NCBI GenBank assembly: GCA_013414795.1
Contig: CP058732.1
Span: 1,097,744-1,161,743, forward strand
Direction: 5' to 3'
DNA length: 64,000 bases
Source: Candidatus Kapaibacterium sp.
GTDB lineage: Bacteria > Bacteroidota > Ignavibacteria > Kapaibacteriales > UBA2268
Numbering within the stretch: the first letter of the stretch is position 1; every line of letters begins with the position of its first letter. The notes under the pieces are model-generated. The model was given only the letters and a program-made list of their open reading frames with translations, did not search any database and was not told where the DNA came from. Below, piece after piece: positions 30,801-38,897 of the stretch. The position numbers and the translations under genes are program-made.

Positions 30801-31097
30801 TTGCAAATTTATGTGGACATACTTAATGTGCTGAATTTAATTAATTCAGATTGGGGTCATTTGAAATATGTAAGCAGTGCGGTTTACGATCGTGCCTTTA
30901 CTTACAATGGAATTGTAACACAGGAACTTATTGACGATCCGAAGAACGGCTTCACTCAAAGCGACCTTGGAAAGATGATCGTAACTTTCAGTATTCCTAA
31001 AGATTCCCAAGGGAAACCAAGTAAAGATGCAATGTTTAACACCTCCGATTTAGTTTCCCGCTGGCAAATACAATTTGGAATTAGATACTCATTCTAA
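27870..31097 (+). CDS. TonB-dependent outer-membrane receptor with N-terminal carboxypeptidase-regulatory-like domain
   Basis: Signal peptide. 'GTVVDIDGKPLVGATVKATH' CarbopepD_reg-like domain. Plug plus a long beta-barrel. C-terminal aromatic residue (…IRYSF). No adjacent SusD-like gene. Confidence 0.85.
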   Translation: MKRIIKLAFLLLFAVTYFSLSQGITTSSISGTVVDIDGKPLVGATVKATHLPSGTVAGVMVKSKGNFTIPGLRPGGPYKVEVTMVGFKPESKEDIYLTVGQEFSLRFVLQPKDIQTREIQVISDRNDIISSNRTGASQTVTEVEIATLPTIARSIHDYSRLSPLVISSTSEGSNVGARNSKYNNIQVDGAALGDAFGLPTSGTPGGQAGAEPISLDAIEEFQVSIAPFDVRQGMFTGGLINAITRSGTNKLRGSVYFYGRNQNFVGKSPIPDANGVRQPYPDFSDYFIGGRVGGPIISNKLFYFVNVETKNRKDPQRVGLAGDQGYPFNFNVPRDTLEKIRQIAITKYGYDPGSYDLYTRKTEDIKLFLRADYNINQNNRLTLRHNFVKANQGNAVTRSQFAFSFSGQEYIFNSMQNQTVLQLNSIFASNMANELRLVYTAIRDKRDPVSKPFPSVAIYDIGPKGEDVYLGVERFSQANALDQDIIELTDNFTYFFGDHTFTIGTSNQYVAFNNLFLQDYYGNYGFNSIADFEAGKPSQYQLSYSLLSGEPQPRAKFKYFQLGFYAQDEWKVLSNLKLTFGLRADMFAFPENPPQNDSLTKYFPDLRTDELPTPIAFSPRIGFNWDVFKDKTLQVRGGIGSFSGKTPGVWISNQFSNTGTDIGRIDVRNPKITFEPDPFKQITKVDSLTPIRTTEINITDKNLKMPQVLRFNLAVDKELPYGFIGTIEFLYGKTLYDMVYKNLNRQILKASNGQDSTLPDGRPVYSRFDVSPLFTNVLLMTNTTKGYQTSITFQIQKQFGKGILPDLSFNFAYTWSRAKDVNSLTSSRAISNWQYNRAIDPNNPELGTSLFEIPHRILANLSYRFNYGNGFSTSFGIFYEGRSGAPFSLAYSNDANGDRTPDRRATNDLVYIPLAKNDPVMVLKNGNWDELNEFISWFPSLEDQRGKISERNSLRQPWYNQLDLRITQEFPTLRGQSLQIYVDILNVLNLINSDWGHLKYVSSAVYDRAFTYNGIVTQELIDDPKNGFTQSDLGKMIVTFSIPKDSQGKPSKDAMFNTSDLVSRWQIQFGIRYSF

Positions 31098-31110
31098 ATG
31101 ATTTCGTTAT

Positions 31111-31139
31111 GGGGGCACAAAATTTGTGCCCCTTTTTTG
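31111..31139 (+). terminator. rho-independent terminator (GGGGCACAAA-loop-TTTGTGCCCC + T6)
   Basis: Perfect inverted repeat followed by TTTTTT, 14 nt after the TonB-dependent receptor stop. Confidence 0.65.
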
Positions 31140-31189
31140 ATTTTTTTATGTTTTTTTTAAAAAAAATTATTAATTTTGTATTTCGAATT

Positions 31190-31262
31190 GGCTAGGTAGC
31201 TCAGTTGGTAGAGCAGTGGACTGAAAATCCACGTGTCGGCGGTTCGATTCCGTCCCTAGCCA
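31190..31262 (+). tRNA. tRNA-Phe (anticodon GAA)
   Basis: Cloverleaf folded by hand: acceptor GGCTAGG/CCTAGCC, D-arm GCTC-AGTTGGTA-GAGC, anticodon stem GTGGA/TCCAC with loop CTGAAAA, T-loop TTCGATT, discriminator A. CCA not encoded. Confidence 0.9.
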
Positions 31263-31384
31263 CTTTTTTATTGCCTAACAACAAAATTTAAAACATTTTG
31301 TAATGCTATTTTGATTATAAATTGCTTTATTGTATATTTTTGCTTAATTTTAGTTTTTTATTTTGGGAAAATCGTGAGAAATAA

Positions 31385-32515
31385 ATGGAAAATATACATA
31401 ATTCAGAAAGTTCTGAGAACGACGACAAGGTTTCTCAAAATCTAAAGAAACGTAGTCCATATTATTATCAAATTCTTAGACAAAATTCATTTGTCCCACG
31501 AGGTGTTGAAACTCGTTACTATAACTTAGAGTATTTTGGGGACTTCGATGTTGGAGAAGTCAAATATAACGGGGACAACAAAGGAGTAGTCTCCGAACTT
31601 GTTGAGGTTGTCTTCAAAGTTAAACGAAAAAAAATTTATAAAAATCCGAATAAACTATCCTTTTTCAATTACGAGTATGTGATTGTTGAAGTTGAAAATG
31701 GATTTGATATTGCCACAGTTATTTCAATTGGCAAAGAGGCTCAAGATAAATGGGAGAAGAATTATAAGCGAGAGGAAGTTCAATTTTCAGTGGTTCGTTT
31801 TGCCACTGATAAAGATATGGCTATCTTTGAAAAAAATCGTCACGAAGAGCCATTGGTTGTAGAAACTACCAAAGAACTTGCCAAAAAACATAAACTTGAT
31901 ATTAAGGTTACAGACGCAGAATGGCAACTCGACCGCCAAAGATTAACGATTTATTTCAGTGCACCGCAAAGAGTTGATTTTCGAGAGTTAGTGAAGGACC
32001 TTGCTAAAATCTATAAAACTCGTATTGAATTACGCCAAATTAGTACCCGTGAGGAAGCCCGTCGTATTGGGGGAATGGGACCTTGCGGGCTACCCTTGTG
32101 CTGTTCGACTTTCTCTTGCCAGAGTTGTCACGTTACTTTGGACCATGCCAGACAACAGCGACTTGCTAACAATGTCTCCAAATTAAGTGGTTACTGTGGA
32201 CGTTTGAAATGCTGTATCTTATACGAACACGATGTGTATCTTGAAGAATATAAAAACTATCCACCGATGTTTTCTGTTGTTGAACTTCCAGACGGTATCG
32301 CCCGTATCCACAAAATCGATATTTTTAACCATAGAGTTCATTTACTTCTTGAAAACAACGGATATATCAGAATTGTTCCTAAAGAAGAAATCGACAAATT
32401 GGTTGCTCTTGGTAAGGTGAGACCCCCAGACAAAATCGTCGAAGAGCAACTCTTTGACGACGACCGCAATCTCAGTCCCGAAGACATTTCTATGCTTGAA
32501 GATGATATTCTTTGA
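31385..32515 (+). CDS. PSP1 C-terminal domain protein (RicT/YaaT-like, Cys-rich)
   Basis: 'RLTIYFSAPQRVDFRELVKDLAKIYKTRIELRQI' and the Cys cluster 'GPCGLPLCCSTFSCQSCH...LSGYCGRLKCCILYEH' are characteristic of the PSP1/RicT family. Confidence 0.75.
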   Translation: MENIHNSESSENDDKVSQNLKKRSPYYYQILRQNSFVPRGVETRYYNLEYFGDFDVGEVKYNGDNKGVVSELVEVVFKVKRKKIYKNPNKLSFFNYEYVIVEVENGFDIATVISIGKEAQDKWEKNYKREEVQFSVVRFATDKDMAIFEKNRHEEPLVVETTKELAKKHKLDIKVTDAEWQLDRQRLTIYFSAPQRVDFRELVKDLAKIYKTRIELRQISTREEARRIGGMGPCGLPLCCSTFSCQSCHVTLDHARQQRLANNVSKLSGYCGRLKCCILYEHDVYLEEYKNYPPMFSVVELPDGIARIHKIDIFNHRVHLLLENNGYIRIVPKEEIDKLVALGKVRPPDKIVEEQLFDDDRNLSPEDISMLEDDIL

Positions 32516-32518
32516 TAT

Positions 32519-32947
32519 ATGCAAGTTTCTTGTATTAATAAAGATAACTTAAATATTGATATTAATTGTTTGGATAGGGTAAAGCGAAATTTATTATTTT
32601 GTAGAAAGCCACTTTTCCCCAAACTCCCTCTAAAGAAGTTTTCTCTTTTTGCTTTTCTTTTTGGTTTATTTGCTTTCGTTTTTGGTCTGTTGTTCCAATT
32701 TTGGGTGCAAACATCAGAAAACCCACAAATGCTTAGCGGTAAACCGAATTTCAACCTTTCCATAGCGTTACCATTTGCTTTTGAAATTGCAATGTTGATT
32801 GTCGGAATTTTGATTTTTCTTCGATTTTTGTTGGTTAACTTGTATTTTAATAGACAAGTGCCGAATGATGTGAAAAAATTTATTAATAATATGGACGAAA
32901 ATTCTGTTCTAATCGTTTCTTTAAATGACACAGATAATGAAAAGTAA
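32519..32947 (+). CDS. small two-TM membrane protein, DUF3341/ActD-like (alternative complex III subunit D-like)
   Basis: Pattern 'FQFW...SGKPNFNLSIALPFAFEIAMLIVGILIFLRFLLVNLY' resembles the DUF3341 conserved core, as I recall it (W-x-YP..GGKP-F/S-x-PAF-P-x-FE...L-x-N-LP). Starts 3 bp after the PSP1 stop. Confidence 0.4.
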   Translation: MQVSCINKDNLNIDINCLDRVKRNLLFCRKPLFPKLPLKKFSLFAFLFGLFAFVFGLLFQFWVQTSENPQMLSGKPNFNLSIALPFAFEIAMLIVGILIFLRFLLVNLYFNRQVPNDVKKFINNMDENSVLIVSLNDTDNEK

Positions 32948-33554
32948 ATGTATTATTTTAATGAAGAGAGAAGTTATTGTTTATTTAATACTTACGTTTT
33001 TAACTTTGATTTTTATATTTTTGTTGTGTTTAAATTTTGGGTTAATTAACATTTATAAGAGTTTCCATTTGCAAATTATTGCTGATATGGATAATCAGAA
33101 CAAATTGTCGCAAGATAATTTTTATAATATCCATAAGGCATTCCCTAAACAGTTTTCGGTTATGAACAATTATCCCAAACAGTCACTTTTCTATCCTTAT
33201 GAACCGCAGGAATTTAGTGAACCTGAAGAAAAGTTTACTAATCCTTTGCCCAGAACTTCTTTTGTTTTGATGCGTGGGAAAACTTTGTTCCATCGTTTTT
33301 GCATTCCTTGCCACGATGTAAATGGAAAGGGAAATGGACCTGTCGTAACCCAAGTTGTTTTAAAAGAAGACGAGGAAGGATTTCCTCCACCCAAAGATTT
33401 AACAAGCGAAACTACAAAGAAATTGTCCGATGGTCGATTATTTCACATTCTATCTGCTGGACAAAATTTAATGTTCTCATACCACGATAAATTAACCGAC
33501 TTTGACAAATGGGCATTGATACACTATTTAAGAGAATTACAAATTGAAAAATAA
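32925..33554 (+). CDS. membrane-anchored monoheme c-type cytochrome (ActE-like / cbb3-subunit-III-like class I cyt c)
   Basis: N-terminal TM anchor. Single heme-binding 'CIPCH'. Class I cytochrome c fold indicators (…LFHILSAGQNLMFSY…WALIHYLREL). Overlaps the upstream gene by 23 bp. Confidence 0.75.
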   Translation: MTQIMKSKCIILMKREVIVYLILTFLTLIFIFLLCLNFGLINIYKSFHLQIIADMDNQNKLSQDNFYNIHKAFPKQFSVMNNYPKQSLFYPYEPQEFSEPEEKFTNPLPRTSFVLMRGKTLFHRFCIPCHDVNGKGNGPVVTQVVLKEDEEGFPPPKDLTSETTKKLSDGRLFHILSAGQNLMFSYHDKLTDFDKWALIHYLRELQIEK

Positions 33555-36500
33555 ATATGGAGGTTGTATGAAAAGAAATTTCGTTGCATTCGCTTTAATT
33601 TTTATTTTATCTTTTGTTGCTTTTTCGCAACAAAATCCGCAATTTAGATTTTACTTCAATGGAAACGATGTTACTTCTGTCGTTCCAGTATTTGGAAATT
33701 CGATTTTTTTAATCGGTTCTCGTGAAGCGGGCTTGGGAGTTTACAACTTTGATTCATTAAAATACATTGGATTAATTCAAAAAATTTATGTTCCAATTCC
33801 AAGCCACAACATTCGGGCATTGAGAAAATATTCGAATGATACTTTATGGATTTGTACCGACCGAGGACTTGTACGATTACGAAGCAATCAATTTGTTGTA
33901 TATAATAGCCAAAATTCGCCACTTCCCTCTGATATTATTAACGACATTTATGTCGATGCTGTTGGAATTTGGTGGATTGCGACTAACAAAGGCTTGGTTA
34001 TGAAATCTGATACGAATTGGGTTGTGTTCAACAGATTAAATTCTGGAATTCCAGATGATTATGTCAATACTGTTAAAGTAGACCCAATCGGAAATGTTTG
34101 GGTAGCAACACCAAACGGTTTGGGTATGTATGACAGGACAGATTGGTATGTATTTGATACAAACAATAGTGGTTTGCCCGATAACTTCATCACATTCATT
34201 GAGTTCGATAATTTCAACAATTCCAAATGGGTTGGTACATTGCACGGCGGACTTGTTCACTGGATTGGGAATAACTTTAATGTTTACGATACCAGCAATT
34301 CAATGTTGCCCAGCAATGCTGTTACTGCTTTTGCTTTTGATACTTCCCATAATAAGTGGGTAGGTACGAACAATGGGTTAGTGTTGATAGACCAAATGGG
34401 TTGGACAATTTTTAACACCACGAACTCTGGTTTATCTGACAATCACATAAACTCAATTTTTATCGATTCTTTGAACAGAAAATTTATTTCTACAAGGAAT
34501 AAATTGACTTTAATCAGCGATACAAACTTTTTTGTCTTAAGTTTTGAAAATTCAAAACTTTCGACCAACTATGTAAAAAAAGTTGTCGAGGGAGTTGACC
34601 TTGTTAAATGGATTGTTACACCAGACGGTTTGGTCTCGTACGAGGGAAATAATTGGAATGTTTATAACAATGCAAATTCACCAATAACCCACGCAATAAA
34701 TGACATTGCTGTTGATACTGACAATAAACTATGGATTGCAACAGATTCTGGGTTGATTGTCAAGGGTGGATTAACGAACTGGCAAACTATTTTCCCATAT
34801 CCAAATGACGCTCCAAGCAATAGGATTATGCGAATATTGCCATCTTCTCGTGGTATATGGGTAGGAACTGACTCTGGATTGGTACTTTTCGACAATGGTC
34901 AATGGTTTAGGCTCGATACAATGTATGGAGCGAAGTTAAATGGTTTGATAACTTCAATTAGTTCGAAATGGGTTGAAGATTCCTTGGGGCAATACGAAAG
35001 AGTTTACGTGGGACTTGCCCGAGAAGGAATTGCAGTATTCGAGCGGGACACTGTTCGCTTTATAGATGATTCCAACTCGCCACTAACAATGATTTACATC
35101 ACAGATGTAAAAGAGAACTTTGATGGCAAGTTGTATGTTGGTACACTCGAGCAGGGATTGTTTACTTATGATACAATGTGGGTTGCACATAATCCAATTA
35201 CAGAAGATTTCCCTGATTTCACTGTCCTTGATATTTCTTTCGACCGTAACAACAAACCTTGGGTAACCACGCTTGCTGGTGGAATTTGGGTTTCAATCGA
35301 TGACACAACTTATTATGTTATTACAGAAGATAATTATCCATTCTATACAAATAATTTCAACTCTGTCTTTGTTGATTTATCGAACAACAAGTGGATTTCA
35401 ACTCATTTTGGGCTTTATGTGTTCAACCAAGATACGATAAAGCCAGAGATGAAAATGAAGAAATATGATGTAGAAATTTGCGAAGGGAACACATTTACAC
35501 TCGATTTTTACACTTTTTACCCGTTTGACCAGAATAATAGATTCCTGGTTCAAATGAGCGATGAATTTGGAATGTTTGATTCTACAACGGTTATAGGTTC
35601 GATTCAATCGAGAAATAGCAGAACAATTTTGTGCTATATTCCAAAGGGAACTCGACCAAGTTCACTTTACAAGTTGCGAATTGTTTCAACCAGCCCAGAA
35701 ATGATTTCCGTGCCATCGGGCTATGCTGACAGATTAGTCATTAACCCGCTTCCGCATCCAAAAATCAATGGAGATTCAATCATATGTGCCAAAGGGGTTA
35801 TTAAACTTTGGGCAATAAGGGAAGGACCAGGTTCAAATCTTTGGTCTTTCGTTTGGAATGTCGAAGGTGGAGTTTTACTTTCGCCACCCACGGACGACAC
35901 TGTTTATGTGAGATTCGATACGGTAAACACTGGACGAGTTGTTTTAACCGCATTTACTGATAAAGGTTGTAGTGATTCTGTCGCTAAAATCATTAATGTG
36001 TCAACACCTCCTGGAAGAATTTTGAACGGTCAAGCAAGGGTATGTTCGGGTGAGGCATTTATTTATTCTACAACCGACTCATCAAATATTTACAACAGTT
36101 GGTCTGTTATAAATGGTGTTTTGGAAAAAAAGTTGGCTAACAATGTTGTAGTGGTTCGTTGGGGAAACCAAACACCAGGTTATGTGGTTTTGAAACGAGT
36201 TAATCAATATGGTTGTATTGATTCTGTTAAACTAAAAGTTGATATTTTCCCAACTCCCAATGCTTCAATTTCTGGAAAACAAGAAGTTCTTGTAGAAAGC
36301 GTGGAGAAATATATAACTCATCGAATAGACGCCTCTGTTTCGAATAAGTGGAGTGTAGTAAATGGAATTATTATTGGAAGAGACAATGGAGATACTGTCG
36401 AAGTTGGTTGGCCCTCTGGCGGTTATGGAAAAGTGAAATTAGTTCAACGAACTCTTGCTGGTTGCTCTGATTCTTCTGAAAAAATTGTCAGAATATTCGA

Positions 36501-37212
36501 AAGAGTTAGTATGTTTGGCGACACCTTGGTTTGCGAGAATTCCGAGACATACTACGAAGCAATCTCTAATCTTGGTGCAAATAATCAATGGTATGTAACT
36601 GGTGGAGTAATAACTTCGAACCCGCAAAACCGAAGGGTTTGGGTGCGTTGGAACAATCCTGGCTCTGGAACTATAAAACTTGTTCAAACTGTTCCTGGAA
36701 CCTTCTTTAAAGATTCCATTAGGAAGACAATAACAATTGCCAAGATTCCCAATAAGCCATTCATTGTCGATAGCGGAGGATATTTATTTTCAAGTGCACC
36801 CTATGGAAATCAATGGTATTTTAATGGGCAAATTTTGTTTGGTGATACAAATCGGACTATTGTCCCATTACGCACTGGTTATTATACTGTAAAAGTTAAA
36901 AGTGCTCCAAATTGTGAAAGCGAAATGTCCGATCCATTCTATTTCGTAAGTGGTGTTGAAGATGAACTTAGTGGTTTGAAGATATATCCCAATCCTACCA
37001 GTGGAAATCTATTTATAGCCAATTACGATGATTTGTCCATTGAATCAGTTACAATAAGAGATTTGCTTGGTATTGAGTTGATACGGTTCAATCGCGGAGA
37101 GATTATGCAGAGAGGAGTAATTGATTTGTCTGGATTGACAAGCGGAACTTACTATGTGGTTATAAAAGTTTCTGGCTATGATATAACCAAACCAATAACA
37201 CTGATTAAATAG
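33544..37212 (+). CDS. large secreted cell-surface protein: two-component-regulator-propeller (Reg_prop)-type beta-propeller repeats + tandem Cys-pair Ig-like domains + T9SS C-terminal sorting domain
   Basis: Signal peptide. About 14 repeats of the form 'W(I/V)(A/G)T..GL..(Y/F)D'. Four or five ~85-aa repeats each with two Cys (…GDSIICAKG…GCSDSV…). C-terminal 'LKIYPNPTSGNLFIAN…YVVIKVSGYDITKPITLIK' T9SS CTD. Confidence 0.75.
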   Translation: MKNKYGGCMKRNFVAFALIFILSFVAFSQQNPQFRFYFNGNDVTSVVPVFGNSIFLIGSREAGLGVYNFDSLKYIGLIQKIYVPIPSHNIRALRKYSNDTLWICTDRGLVRLRSNQFVVYNSQNSPLPSDIINDIYVDAVGIWWIATNKGLVMKSDTNWVVFNRLNSGIPDDYVNTVKVDPIGNVWVATPNGLGMYDRTDWYVFDTNNSGLPDNFITFIEFDNFNNSKWVGTLHGGLVHWIGNNFNVYDTSNSMLPSNAVTAFAFDTSHNKWVGTNNGLVLIDQMGWTIFNTTNSGLSDNHINSIFIDSLNRKFISTRNKLTLISDTNFFVLSFENSKLSTNYVKKVVEGVDLVKWIVTPDGLVSYEGNNWNVYNNANSPITHAINDIAVDTDNKLWIATDSGLIVKGGLTNWQTIFPYPNDAPSNRIMRILPSSRGIWVGTDSGLVLFDNGQWFRLDTMYGAKLNGLITSISSKWVEDSLGQYERVYVGLAREGIAVFERDTVRFIDDSNSPLTMIYITDVKENFDGKLYVGTLEQGLFTYDTMWVAHNPITEDFPDFTVLDISFDRNNKPWVTTLAGGIWVSIDDTTYYVITEDNYPFYTNNFNSVFVDLSNNKWISTHFGLYVFNQDTIKPEMKMKKYDVEICEGNTFTLDFYTFYPFDQNNRFLVQMSDEFGMFDSTTVIGSIQSRNSRTILCYIPKGTRPSSLYKLRIVSTSPEMISVPSGYADRLVINPLPHPKINGDSIICAKGVIKLWAIREGPGSNLWSFVWNVEGGVLLSPPTDDTVYVRFDTVNTGRVVLTAFTDKGCSDSVAKIINVSTPPGRILNGQARVCSGEAFIYSTTDSSNIYNSWSVINGVLEKKLANNVVVVRWGNQTPGYVVLKRVNQYGCIDSVKLKVDIFPTPNASISGKQEVLVESVEKYITHRIDASVSNKWSVVNGIIIGRDNGDTVEVGWPSGGYGKVKLVQRTLAGCSDSSEKIVRIFERVSMFGDTLVCENSETYYEAISNLGANNQWYVTGGVITSNPQNRRVWVRWNNPGSGTIKLVQTVPGTFFKDSIRKTITIAKIPNKPFIVDSGGYLFSSAPYGNQWYFNGQILFGDTNRTIVPLRTGYYTVKVKSAPNCESEMSDPFYFVSGVEDELSGLKIYPNPTSGNLFIANYDDLSIESVTIRDLLGIELIRFNRGEIMQRGVIDLSGLTSGTYYVVIKVSGYDITKPITLIK

Positions 37213-37255
37213 GAACTGGTAGTTTGGAATTTCGTAATTTTGCATTTTGAAAAAA

Positions 37256-37342
37256 GGAGAGTTGCCGGAGTGGTCGAACGGGGCGGTCTCGAAAACCGTT
37301 GAAGGAGCAATCCTTCCGGGGGTTCGAATCCCTCACTCTCCG
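37256..37342 (+). tRNA. tRNA-Ser (anticodon CGA), type II with long variable arm
   Basis: Acceptor GGAGAGT/ACTCTCC, discriminator G, anticodon loop CTCGAAA, variable arm GAAGGA…TCCTTC, T-loop TTCGAAT. 87 nt. Confidence 0.88.
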
Positions 37343-37347
37343 CGACT

Positions 37348-37431
37348 GCCCGGATGGCGGAACTGGTAGACGCGCTGCGTTCAGGGCGCAGTGGCTGTAA
37401 AGCCGTGCAGGTTCGATTCCTGTTCCGGGCA
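37348..37431 (+). tRNA. tRNA-Leu (anticodon CAG), type II
   Basis: Acceptor GCCCGGA/TCCGGGC, discriminator A, anticodon stem CTGCG/CGCAG with loop TTCAGGG, variable arm GGCTG…AGCC, T-loop TTCGATT. Lies 5 nt after tRNA-Ser. Confidence 0.88.
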
Positions 37432-37507
37432 CTAAAAGGCTAGTCTATTTGATTTTTCCTTTGATTAAAGGGCTTTTTGTTTGATGCATTTATCTAAAAA
37501 TGCGAGG

Positions 37508-38881
37508 CTATCTAATATTGCCACGTGCAATCGAGGCAAAAATTCCAAATGCGCAGACGATTGAAAATCCAAGCCAAATTGAATGTGTCAAAGACATAAA
37601 CTTTGGAAATAAATCTGGGGTAAACTTTGTCCCGCCCAAATGAATAGCAAACAACATTGTTACAATCCCAATGCTTAAGGTTTGTCCCACAAGACGCATT
37701 GTTCCAACAGAGGCAGAAGCCACGCCATAGAATTTCTTGTCGACAGAACTCATAATGGCATTTGTGTTTGGGGACGAAAAGAAAGCAAAACCCAAACCCA
37801 ACAATATTTGGGCAGAATAAATAAAATAGTTTGGAGTGGTTGAATTTATCAAAGAAAGCATAAATATTCCAAGTGCTGTTAGAAACATACCAAATGAAGC
37901 AACAAAGCGAGGTTCAATTCTATCTGACAATTTTCCAGCATAGGAAGAAAAAATTGCTTGTACAACTGGTTGAATTGCCAGTATGAATCCAGTATTTTGA
38001 GCAGTCAATCCTTTAATATATTGCAAATAGAGACTCAAAAGAAATCCAATAGCAAAAGTTGCGCTATAATTAATTAATGCCGCCAGATTTGAAAGCGAAA
38101 ATGTTATGTTTTTAAAGAACAAAGACATAGGAATGATTGGATAGTCGATTTTGCTTTCTGTGTAGATGAAAGCGAATAAAATAATTATTGACACAATGGC
38201 TAAAGTTTTCCCAAGTGGAGTTTGTATCCTTGTAAAACCGAGCATTAAAAGCAAAAGTCCAGAAATGTATAAAATTGTACCAAGCAAATCAAATTTTTCC
38301 CCTTGGGAGTCTGCCCATTCTAAACCACCAAGTTTTTTATTAACAAGGTATATGATGAAAATACCAATTGGAAGATTTAACCAAAAAATGCTTCTCCAAC
38401 CGAGATTCGAGGTAAGCACACCACCAAGTACTGGTCCAAGGGTTAGACCAAGGTATACCGCAGAAACGGAAAGCCCCATAGCCCGCCCACGTTCACCTTG
38501 GGGAAAAACGGAAGTTAAAATAGCCGTACTTGTAGAAAAAATCATCGAAGCGCCAATTCCTTGAAAAACTCGAAGAGCAATTAGGATTTGTATATTTGGT
38601 GAAAAAGCACATAAAAAAGAGAAAGTAAGAAAAACTATCAACCCCCAGAAGAAAGTTTTTTTTCTACCAATAATATCAGAAAATCTTCCAAAAGGAACGA
38701 GTATAGTTGCTGTTGCAAGTAGGTAAGCGGAAGAAATCCATACAAGAGTAACTGCATCAATGTTAAATTCTTTTTGAATTGATGGTAGGGCAACGTTTAC
38801 TGAACTTCCAAGGAATGCTGTTAAAAATGATGTAATTATTGAAACAATTAATACTGTATTTTTTTGTTCTTTTGTAGTCAT
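37508..38881 (-). CDS. MFS transporter, DHA2-like (14 TM drug:H+ antiporter family)
   Basis: 457 aa with about 14 hydrophobic segments. Motif A-like 'GRFSDIIGRKK'. Confidence 0.8.
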   Translation of the reverse strand: MTTKEQKNTVLIVSIITSFLTAFLGSSVNVALPSIQKEFNIDAVTLVWISSAYLLATATILVPFGRFSDIIGRKKTFFWGLIVFLTFSFLCAFSPNIQILIALRVFQGIGASMIFSTSTAILTSVFPQGERGRAMGLSVSAVYLGLTLGPVLGGVLTSNLGWRSIFWLNLPIGIFIIYLVNKKLGGLEWADSQGEKFDLLGTILYISGLLLLMLGFTRIQTPLGKTLAIVSIIILFAFIYTESKIDYPIIPMSLFFKNITFSLSNLAALINYSATFAIGFLLSLYLQYIKGLTAQNTGFILAIQPVVQAIFSSYAGKLSDRIEPRFVASFGMFLTALGIFMLSLINSTTPNYFIYSAQILLGLGFAFFSSPNTNAIMSSVDKKFYGVASASVGTMRLVGQTLSIGIVTMLFAIHLGGTKFTPDLFPKFMSLTHSIWLGFSIVCAFGIFASIARGNIR

Positions 38882-38897
38882 AGTACGTCAAAAAAAA

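Noticed and set aside
32338-32931. 197-aa minus-strand ORF opposite the ActD-like/cytochrome c genes
   Set aside because: Ser/Lys-rich low-complexity product. Fully overlaps two tightly coupled plus-strand genes that have clear family motifs.
37205-37432. 75-aa minus-strand ORF
   Set aside because: Completely overlaps the two tRNA genes. Its reading frame arises from the GC-rich tRNA sequence.
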